64,000 nucleotides of DNA from Perna viridis (taxonomy: Eukaryota). The translations under genes and the position numbers were made by a program. The notes under the pieces were generated by a model. The model did no database searches, had not been told where the DNA came from, and saw only the letters and a list, made by a program, of their open reading frames with translations. Numbering within the stretch: position 1 is the first letter of the stretch; every line of letters begins with the position of its first letter. Shown one piece after another: positions 39,501 to 51,500 of this stretch. The stretch covers positions 37,258,885-37,322,884 of the forward strand of contig CM074513.1 of the NCBI GenBank assembly GCA_037379345.1, in the 5' to 3' direction.

Positions 39501-42500
39501 TCTTTGCTCTCTCTGTACTCCTCTCAACAAACTCATCATAAATTTTCTCCTCAACATAAACTCTGGATCCAGCACAGCAACACTGGCCCATGTTAAAGAA
39601 CAAAGCAAAGTGGGCATCCTCCACTGCTTTCTCCACTGTAGTAATATATAAACACATATTTAAAATTGATGACATAATGATAAATACAGGAGATATTGTC
39701 AGGTCAATGTCAAGAATTGGAGTTTGTTCAGTGTGATATTTTGCTCTTAAATGAAACTTCCAACAAATAACTATCAATGAGTTTAAAACTGTTCAGAAAT
39801 GCTCAACCTCATTCATAGACATAATAATCACTTAGCTTGTTACCTCTGCTTTACAGTATGTAAAGACATCCACAAGACATGAGCACTACTCATTATAAAT
39901 CCATGAAGCTGTTTACAATGTACTAACTTCAAAGCTTTGATACTGAAAGTGGCAGAGGTACAAGCTTTGAAGTTGCAAATATACCTCAGTTCAAGAGACT
40001 GATAAATGATAATCATAGGAAAAACTGTCCTTGACAAAAATTACAGAAACCTTGAGAATATTTTCAAAAATATTTTTTTAACAATTGAAACCCAAAAAAT
40101 CATTTGAACAATATACATGTATAACAATCAAACTAAAAAAAAATATAATGTATGATGCAGGCCTGTAAACAAGGAGATGTAAAAGGGAATGAGTCACAAT
40201 TACAACCATATTTAAGAACTATTTTAGATAAATACATATGACTTTCGTCAAAATTTTTAAAAACTTATTTACAAAAACACATCCTATTAATAATCCTGAG
40301 TTCTAGCTTGGTAGTTGAAATAATAACCTATCGGGTACCAGATCATATAAACTGTAGTTGAAATAATAACCTATCGGGTACCAGATCATATAAACTGTAG
40401 TTGAAATAATAACCTATCGGGTACCAGATCATATAAACTGTAGTTGAAATAATAACCTATCGGGTACCAGATCATATAAACTGTAGTTGAAATAATAACC
40501 TATCGGGTACCAGATCATATAAACTGTAGTTGAAATAATAACCTATCGGTTACCAGATCATATAAACTGTTATCATAGAGATATTTCAATGACCTAATCA
40601 GAAAACTTAACATGGAAATCTTGACATGAAATTTGAGGTCAATAGACCATGAATGTGGGGCAAATGCATGCTCCTCATTTAAAATAGTGTTATAGTGATG
40701 CTAATACAACTGTATACCAAATATATAGATCTAGTGCAAGAAGATCATATTAAACTGAGCTAATTAGAAGACTTAACATAAAAGTCTAATGTGAATGCCA
40801 ACCCTGAAACTGGAAAAGTAATATCTTAGTCTCACCGTCACAGGCGAGGCAAAAACCATATTCTTCTGTCAAAGAGATAATGGGTTTATACTCACTGTTA
40901 ACATCAGAGAGGATGATATTGGGACTCTTTCCTCCTAACTCTAGAGATACTCTCTTCAGATTTGAGTCAGCAGCAGACTTGGCAACTATCTTTCCAACCT
41001 ATAAACAGACTTCATGGCTTGAATAAAGTTATGTAATCAATGGTGACAAACATTATGTTTATTAAGTATAAAATAGGATCTCTAATGGCTGTCCAAAACA
41101 GACTATCATAAATTACAGAATTTCACATTAAAATATGTGCTTTTTATTAAGCAATAAATAAATTTAAGTACCGGTTCATGCTTTCTGTATCATTCAATTG
41201 TCCAAACCTATAAAACAAACCCATTACCTCGGTTGACCCAGTAAATGCTACTTTATCTACATCTGGATGTGTTGCTATGGCAGCCCCAGCAGTTGGTCCA
41301 TATCCAGGTACAATATTGAGTACACCTGGTGGGAAACCAGCCTACACAGAACAGGAAACAATAAATTTTACATATGCTCTCAAAATAAAACACCATGACT
41401 ATAAAAAAAAAATTACACAAAATTTTACAAGTTATAAACATGAAGTTGTATGTGTAAATGTTGTTGTGCTAGGTATATCCCCACTCATACAGAAAGTTAA
41501 TATAAGACAACACCAAAAATACATACGCCCCATCTATATAAAGCCACACACCAAATTTGCTATCAATTCATCCATATGGAGCTGTGGATTTTTTTAGATG
41601 AAAATTGTTCTCTATTATTCCATATAGTGGAAAATTGAAAAGATCCGCGAAACAGGAAGATGATATCTGTCAGCACCCAAAAAACACTTATAATGTATGG
41701 TCACCTATATAAAGTCACAAACCAAAATTTAAATTCAATCCATTCATTCGGAGCCAGATAATTGCTATAAAGTTAGGAAGGACAGAGAGAATGACAGATA
41801 GACAAAGTTATTTCAACATACCAACCACTCGTTCAGTGGAGTAAAAATCAATAATCACAAATCATCCTGCAAAACGTTATATATGATATTTGAAGTACTA
41901 TAGAGAGTAAATTTTACCTTGACAATTCTGTAAGCTAAATTACATACCTCTGCAGCAAGCTGAGCTACGTATAGGGCAGTTAAAGGTGTCTGTTCGGCTG
42001 TTTTCATAACCACACAGTTCCCCATTGACAAAGCTGGACCTAACTTCCAGGCCTGCATCAGGAGGGGGAAATTCCACTAAAACAATCAAGTTTAATCAAA
42101 AATAATTTGGAGATGTATGTAGAATGCACGTATAAAACAACATCATCCGTGAATGGTACCATTCACTTAAAAAACAAGACACCAGCTTACAATACTTGCC
42201 AGAGGACATTAGACAACAAAAAGAAGTACTGAGATTTAGTACTTTCATTTGTGGGTACCAATGTTTTGTTGTTTAGGGAAAAACTATCAGTTTGTAGATT
42301 CTAAAATTCATGGATTTGACAACTCTATCACACAAACCAATGCAAAATTTCCCTTTTGTTGGGTGGTTTACCAAACCAAAGAAAATCATGAAAATAGATA
42401 CCCCACAAAGAATTATACTTTGACAGTATCTAAAACTGACATGCAGTGATGCAGAGGAAATTTCAAATTTTGTGTCTATACTTGTTCAGGGTATGACCTC

Positions 42501-45500
42501 CATGGTCTTATCAAGCTATGGCCTACAAACCATTTTATTTTATTGGAAATTCACATGGAAGTGATACTATCTAAAGGTATTCTCAAAGACAATACATAAA
42601 AGAATTGGTCTCATTAGCAATTAAAATGTTTGACCAAATAATATTTTATTTTAAAAATTGACAACTTGGACACACCCAGTAATACATACATGTACATGTA
42701 AGCCTCTGATTCTCTATTAAGATTCCATGGAATTTTGTATTAAAGTTTTATGCAAAAAATTGTCCACTTACAGGGATAATTTGTCCACAAATGCCAACTG
42801 GTTCATGTCTGGTGTAACTGTAGAAATCTCCACCTGAAGTTTAAAGTTTCTTTTAAATTATGTTACATTTTTGTATAAAACAATTTTTGTACAAGAAGTC
42901 CAAACAACCCATCAGATTGGATAGAAATCAGTGAATATGAATCTACATATATTTACTGGCTTGAATCAGGAACACAGGAATGTTACTGGAGTAGCATTGG
43001 TAAAAACCAAATAACTAATTGATATAATGTGAAATAAACAGATATTGTTAGATGTTAAATTTCTTCAATGTGATACACAGCCTCTTAAAATCATGTAGCA
43101 GTAGTCTTTCCTAAAAGGGAATACCATGTCAAGTTTGCTGCCCAAGTGAAGTACTTCTTTAGCTCAGTAGACCATTATAGCCTAAGTTTGATCTCTGACT
43201 GGTACTGTTCAGATTTTAATTTATGAACAGTGTAAAGAGCTGTATTTCTATACAATAATTTGTACATTTACGTTGGTAATTTTTTTAGAATTAGTTTTAA
43301 AAATGATTTAAGTAACAAATTGCTTTTTACCGGTATTCCTGTACTAGTCATTTTGAAAAATCATCTAACTTACTTATTGGTATAACTTTTCCATGGTTTT
43401 TATCTGCCCAACCAGCATAATATCTAATAAAATGAAATTTGATTAAAAAACAACTTATATTCATTAACAATGAAAATCATAGGTAAACCATTGCAAAATG
43501 AAAATTAAAACGTCTTGGTTATGATGAATTTATCGGGTTGAATTCCAACTGCAATGGGAAATAACTTTGGGCTTTTCTCAATGGCTTTAAATATACAACA
43601 TTAAAGCAATAATCTGCACTTCAAAGGTTGATTTGGTAGAATTAAATGTCCTAGACGACTTCCCACTTGTTTTTATTTTTTTTTTAATATTTTAGTACTT
43701 TTCATTACATAATGCTAGCAGGCGTCAAATGTTTTTCAAAACATGATGCATATTTTTATATCTGATTTGTTCCTTTTTTAATACAAGTGCATCCATTTAA
43801 ACTATTTATAACTTTAAAATTTATGGATCATCAAGCATATGTGTGTTGGTGGCTTAATAACCACAGGGTAGTGATATGCGTCTAGTGCAGTAGTGATCGA
43901 ACGTCTCTAGATCGCTACTGACCCTGGCTAGTCTACGTGTAGACGAAAAGGGGAGCAGCATAAGCAGAAGCCTTCCTCTGCCAATACATAGCCTCTACAC
44001 TACCAAGACTCCTTCAATTTGCCTCCCCGAGGTAACACATGGTAACTTGGGTCTAGTACTCAAGGCTAACATGAAGGGGATCTCGGAGTAACAAGGACCC
44101 TAGAGGTGTAGAGTGCAGGCCCACCGGCGCGTGGAACACGCCCTGGCTCTCACCAACCTTGCCCCACCTATGGGTTAAATAGATCGCTGCCTTGTGATGG
44201 ACTGTTGAGTCAAAGGCTACGGGAGACAACCCAGACAGAAAACGATGGTCAGACTGGGATCAAACCTTTGAAAGGGAACTTGTCAAGGAGAGGAAACTCT
44301 GATGTAAAACCCGGCTAGAAAGGAGTCGTCACCCATGGTAGGGAACCTATCTAGGAGAGCTGACTCTGATACAAAAGCATGTGAGGGACTTGCTGACCAC
44401 CACATTAAAATAAAGCTGAAGCTAGAGGGCCAACCCCACACTAGTGGATACAAATGGTTACAGAAACGATTACAGTAAAAGTCATTCCTCGGACTCGTCA
44501 ACGACTAGAGAAAGAGGACCAAACCAAACATCGAGGACAGCAAATGACGCGAAAGCTGATGAAGTTGTTCTCACCAAAACAACCAACAACCATAGGTACT
44601 TGGAATGTTAGAACAATGTATCAAAGTGGCAAAAGCTTGCAAATTGCGAACAAAATGGATAGATACAATATCGAAATTCTAGGACTCAGCAAAGTAAGAT
44701 GGAATACAGCTGGAATGACAACACTATCTTCAGGTCATACGGTCATATTCTCAGGAAATCCAAATGAAGACGACATACATGACAAAGGCGTGGGATTCAT
44801 GCTTACAAAGAAAGCCAAGAAATCGCTTTTGGAGTGGAATCCAATATCTGCAAGAGTGATATCAGCTAGATTTGACACTCGATTCCAGAAAACAACATTT
44901 ATACAGGTGTATGCACCAACAAACACCGCAGACGAAGATGATAAAAATGACTTCTACAACTTATTACAATCAGTTGTTGATGCCGTTCCTAAAAGAGACA
45001 TCCTTATCATCTTAGGAGATCTGAATGCCAAAGTAGGTGATGACAGAGGAGGTAGAGAAAGGGAGATAGGACCACATGGAATAGGGCAAATGAATGAGAA
45101 CGGAGAAATGTTTGCTGACTTTTGCGCTATAAACAGTCTAGTAATTGGCGGTACTTGGTTTCCACATAAATCTTGTCATAAAACCACCTGGATTTCACCA
45201 TCTGGAGACACTGAAAACCAAATAGACCACATAACAATAAGCCGTCGATGGAGATCTTCATTACAAGATGTACGAACAAAACGTAGAGCAGACGCAGCAT
45301 CAGATCACCACCTTGTAATTGGAAAAATTAAACTCAAGCTTTTAACAATAAAGAAAAGAGAGACTACAAAAAGGAAGTTTAATGTTGAGAAGTTTAAAGA
45401 TCAGAAAGTGAAAGAAAACTTCCAAATTACACTCAGGAACAGATTTAGTACTTTATTAGATCTTGACAACGAAGAAATGAACAATGATATTGATGACATC

Positions 45501-48500
45501 TGGAACTCAACAAAGACAGCCATTCTAGAAGCATGCGAAGAAACAGTTGGTTTCATTCACGTGAAAAGAAAGAAATGGATGTCAGATCAAACATGGGATA
45601 CAATATCTGAAAGAAGGGAAATAAAAGAAAAGTTGATGAGTGCCAAAACCAGACAGCAAAAGAAAAACCTGCAAGACCTTTACAGTGCAAAAGACAGAGA
45701 AGTAAAGAAAAGCTGTAAAAGAGATAAAAGAAACCATGCTGAAAAGTTAGCAGTAGAAGCTGAAAACGCCTGCTTAAAAGGAGACATCAAAACATTGTAT
45801 AACATCACAAGACAACTCAGTGGAAAGATCTCTCAAAATGAAAATTTACCAGTCAAAGATAAAAACAACAATACCCTCACAAAGCTAGAAGATCAGCTTG
45901 ACAGATGGAAAGAACACTTTAGTGAGGTATTGAACAGACCACCACCAACAAATCCACCAATACTTGAAGAAGGTCCAACACTTAACATAGAGACTGACAA
46001 AATTACCGAAAATGAAGTAAGAAAAGCCCTAAAACATCTTAAGAATGGGAAAGCAGCGGGAATCGATGGCATACCACCAGAAGCCCTCAAGTCCATGAAT
46101 GACACTACCATTCAATATCTTCTTGGGCTATTAAACCAGATATGGGAAAAAGAAAAAATTCCAAAAGACTGGCAAAAGGCACTCTTGGTAAAACTACCTA
46201 AAAAGGGGGACAAATCCAATTGCAACAACTGGAGAGGAATAACTCTTTTGTCCATTCCTAGTAAAATCCTATGCAGTATAATCTTACAAAGAATGAAAGA
46301 AGAGATTGATAGCAAGCTGAGAGATGAACAAGCTAGATTTAGACAAGAACGATCATGTGTCAACCAGATTGCAACACTCAGAATAATTATTGAGCAAACG
46401 ATCGAATGGCAGTCATCCCTATATCTAAACTTTATTGACTTCCAGAAAGCATTTGACAGCATAGATCATCAGGTCTTGTGGAACATTCTAGGACACTATG
46501 GGATTCCTCCTAAGATTATTTCCATGATTAAGTTACTGTATGAAGAATTCTCTTGTCAGGTCATACATGCTGGTACACTGACGGATCCTTTCCCTGTAAC
46601 AACTGGCGTAAGGCAAGGATGCATTCTCTCTCCCCTTCTCTTTCTCATAGTCATCGACTGGATAGCAACAACAGCTTACAACGACCCTCATGGTATACAA
46701 TGGACACTAACATCTCGTCTAGAAGACCTCGAATTTGCAGACGACATATGCACACTATCGCATCGTCTTCAAGATTCCCAACACCAGGTCAACCATCTTG
46801 AAGAAACAGCTAAAAGAACAGGATTGTATATCAACACAGCCAAAACCAAAGCCATGAGAATCCAACAAAACCAGATGGATCCAATATTGGTAAATAACCA
46901 ACAGATAGAGAATGTAGATAAATTTACGTACCTTGGAAGTGTCATGAGTACAACTGGAGGCACTGACGAAGATGTACAAGCCAGAAAGATGAAAGCATTA
47001 CAGGCTTTTTCCATTCTAAAGCCAGTATGGAAAAGTAGAACACTGAGAACGACTACTAAGATCAAAATTTTCAACAGCAATGTTAAGTCTGTCCTGTTAT
47101 ATGGTTGCGAGACCATGAAATCTATACAAGTCTTTGTTAACAAGTGCCTAAGAAATATACTGAATATCAGATGGCCAGAAAAAATAACAAACAAGAAACT
47201 CTGGCAAAGAACAAAACAACAACCAATAGAAAACACCATTCGAACCCGAAAATGGAAATGGATTGGTCATACTTTAAGGAAGAACAATAAAAACACTACA
47301 AAGCAAGCTTTAGATTGGAATCCCCAAGGGCAAAGAAAAAGAGGAAGACCAAAGAACAATAAAAACACTACAAAGCAAGCTTTAGATTGGAATCCCCAAG
47401 GGCAAAGAAAAAGAGAAAGACCAAAGAACACCTGGAGGAGGGGTTTGAACTCTGAACTGAAGAGAGTAGGACTAACGTGGAAGAATTGTAACACCATCGC
47501 CCAAAACCGAAGCGAATGGAGAGAAACTGTAGTCGCCCTATGTCCACCCATGGACGAAATGGAATAAATCATATAAATCATCATCAAGCATATATCAAAT
47601 TCACTTGTGCGAACAAATATAAGTCTATTCATCTGTTTCAGTCACTTCCATGTTTATATATATATTAGTAACTTGATTTGCCATATTATTTTATATTTGG
47701 TACATCTAGTTTAAGAGTTAAAACAATGAGGGTGTACTCTGTAAGAGGACAAAATTATAAGCTAGAAAGGCTGTATCAATAGATATGTCTGACACTTATA
47801 TTAAGTTGGGTGTCCTGATTGTTGCTGAAAAACTTTGGTGGACTTGTTTGCTGGATGAGTAATCCAATATTTTTGGAAACTAATTAGACCCTCAGTAGTT
47901 TTAAGGTCATAGAATAAATTCCACTTTATTACTATTATGAGGACTTAGACCTCTATTACCTGTAACATTTGATGGAGAGTTCAAGATCAGCATTAAATGA
48001 CATCATATAGGGCTTCCCATTGTCAAGGGTTTCCAGTGACTGAAATATATACAAAATTTTATCAAATTCAATTCTATCAAATTACCAAGAGTTATTAAAT
48101 TCATATAAGTGCATAAAAAAGTTGTGATGACATTTGTGCAATAGCAATGTAAAAATAATATCTTACTACATTGTAAAATATGATGAAGGTGAAACCTGTA
48201 AACGCTCCTGAAGAAACTTTAATTAAAAAATAACTTTGATAATTTTTGTCAGCTCGATTTGATATATTATACTTATAACCTTCAAGTATGGTAAATTTTG
48301 TAATGATATATATTTATCCTAATGCATAATACTGATTGTCATGGTCTGATATGTCTTTGGGTCGAATTGTCCAGCACTGGTTAACATAATGGTTCTTATA
48401 ATTTGCGAAATTTCTTAAATGGTATCATTTATTGTATTTAGTTTCACTTCATTCTGTTTCATTTTGTATAGTTTAATTATGTTTTTATTAGGATCTGATT

Positions 48501-51500
48501 CATTTTATTGAATTGATTCGTGTCAATTCTTTCTTTTATCGATCATTTTTGTTTCATATTGGTTCGTTTTCATTTCGCAATTTTTATGACCCGAGAATTA
48601 TGGGTAATATTGATTACGTAATTTTCATATCTGGGCGCCATACTGCAGACTACAAAGCCAACCCTATCTTGGAAAAGCTATGATTCGATTTGTATTTAAT
48701 TATCGAAACTAGCAAATATTTTCCGACACTGGTTTGGCTCTCAATTGCAAATGAAGTATATGCAAATGAAGCTGCCATTAAGCTATTTTTCAGCTCCTGA
48801 AAATGCATGTACAAACCAGATATTGATGCTTTTTCTTGCCATAAGTATACAGAACCAAGTTGATAATACAACCATAAATGCTCCCTGCGAGAGCGTATAA
48901 ACATATTTTTCATCAAGTTTTAACAGTTCATGAACTTCTTCTACAAGATTGCAGAAATTACATGTAAAAAGGAGACAGGTACTAGACCATTTTATTCAAC
49001 AGGATGAAGAAATTATATGGCAACGTTATGAGATGATGATTACACAGAGCTATTTATCAAGTTAACCATCTCTTCTACTTACAGCCAGATATTGTCTGTC
49101 CCTCTCCATTAGGTCGGCCAACCGATTCAACAACACCCCTCTCTGAGCAGCATCCATTCGTCTCCATGGTGATCCAAGTCTAAAGGCCTCCTGTGCTGCA
49201 TTCACAGCCTTGTCAACATCAGCCTGTATATAAGGAATACTACTTCTGACTTAAGATTTATCCAATGAAAAGTAGGTAAAATTGGCCTGTACTATTTTCA
49301 TTTTGTGTAACATACAGTTCATAGTCAAATTTTTGTGTCCTGCTATTTTTGTAAGTCAAATTCTGCTTAATTATGATTTGTGAAGCAATTCCAGAAAAAC
49401 TTCAATGATATGGAACCTTGCGGTAAAATTTGGTACAGATCCTTACATTTCTACTCATATTTTTTGTTTGTTTGTTTTCTTTTTTTTGCACATTTTTTGT
49501 TATTGTGCTGGAAACAGGTATGTTTTTTTTGGGGGGGGCTCTTTCAAACATTTAGCATTATCACCAAACAAATCAATTCCAGTCTGACTTTCATGGTATG
49601 TGATACAGTTTCTGAAATATCCATATATCTATAATCAAGTTATTGTACAGAAACCAAATGTCTACAAATGATACAGATGCAACTGGAATGACAATGCTGT
49701 AACATTATACAATTGCTAATTTTATGCAGTCATGTTTTTTTTTATTTTCCCCATTTTGCTCATTCTTACTAAATACTTTAACACCATAGAACAAAATACC
49801 TTATCACCTTCTGCCACCTCACAGATAGGTTCTCCTGTACATGGGTTCAATGTCTGGAAAGTTTTACCACTTACAGAGTCTACAAACTCATTGTTAATGA
49901 AAATCTAAAAAGAAAACAATTCATGATTTTATTTTGGAAGGGGAATTACAGTGTGTGTTTTCAGCCACCTACCCACAAATATCAATAAATCATCAAATAA
50001 GACTATCACAATTCAATGAAAAAAATGTTATTTATCACTCATGTTTTCCTTTTAGTACATGCTGCTACTGATTTGAGTCTTTTTCAAATAATGTGCCAGC
50101 CTACTATATTTTCATGTCTGTCAGTGACTCATTGAGAGTCTATTTTGGTATTTTACTATTTTGGTATTTTACTATTTTGGATTCAGGTTATATGCTGAAG
50201 CATTTGTTGCAATTTAGGTCCACTGATGTCAGCCTTCAATTATATTGTCAGTTTACCACTATATAAGTGTAAGAAGCCTGGAAAATGATGTTCTAATTGA
50301 GAGGTATATTATTAGAATGCTCGTATAGTGTAAGTTTTATCAGATTTTTTTCATTCAAAAATTAATCCTAATCTCAAAACAGAGATCTCCCTTGATAGAC
50401 TGCAGGGATACTTTTGATAATTTTACCAATATTGAGGAATGATGAAATTTAAAGTCCCTACCCAACATTATGTATGAAATGTTGATCATTTCTTGAAAGT
50501 GCTGAGTCATAGCCAAAAGATTGTACAAGCTATAAATCTGATTTAATCATATGGCCTTGAACTATTTTTTATGCTCTGATAATTATCCAACTGAGCTTGT
50601 TTTTTTTCTATGGGCTAGTAAACTTGTAGGAAAAGCAAAATTCACATCTAACTGATTGAACCTAAGCATCGATGCACATCAGTGCATATCCATGACATGA
50701 GATGACTGATAGACAACTTAAATACTTAACAATCATATGTAATAGGATACTGCTGGGTTTTTCAAAATAAATATAAAGCCCATATTCACAATCAGTTATG
50801 TTCTTACATAACACATTGTATTGATAACCATGATAGCTAAAAGAAATAAAGAAACTCCACTGGATATTTGGGAGAAGAGTTGGTACAAGTTTTCCTATGA
50901 ATAAATCTACACTATTAACTATTCATTGTTCATATGCTATAATAATACAGACTGATAGTGAAGAAATATTTGATAGATATGAAGTTAAGAAAATGTTTTA
51001 CTGTGAGACTTGTAGCAAGGCTATATATGGTATTTTCCAGACATTGTTATAAGACTTATCTTATTCACCTGTAATCGATTCAGTTACTGAGTAATTATGA
51101 AAAGCATGTATGAACTTGTTGGCTTGTATTCATCCTATCTAAAGCTTAGATAAGTTTAGAAACAGTTACTGACATTAAAAAAATACAAGGTTAAGGTTAC
51201 CTTTGAAATAATTTAACATGCAATTAAACTAGAAGTTCTAGGTAAACTGGATCGTTACTAATTTAAAGCAAAATATAAATAGTGTATTATACACTTCTAT
51301 TTAAATAAGTAAATGCTGTGGTTCTTAACTATGATTCAGAAAATAAAGATGAGTGGATAAAAATTACACTATCATATACTGATATTCAGTGGGTTGAAAT
51401 TGTTTATTGTGTTGAGTATCATTATTGAGTCTGGCTAGAAAAAAAATTCTTCGGCCAACTAATCCAACATTGAAATTAATAACTACAAACTCCCAACAAA

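Larger units (their letters stand above)
43841..47579 (+). mobile_element. Full-length RTE-clade non-LTR retrotransposon, antisense within ALDH2 intron 4
   Basis: 14-bp TSD atcatcaagcatat at 43827-43840 and 47580-47593; ~600-nt 5' leader; single ORF; very short 3' end with taaatca repeats. Confidence 0.95.

Noticed and set aside
44735-47632. Several antisense ORFs over the RTE
   Set aside because: Shadow ORFs of a long coding frame; no motifs.
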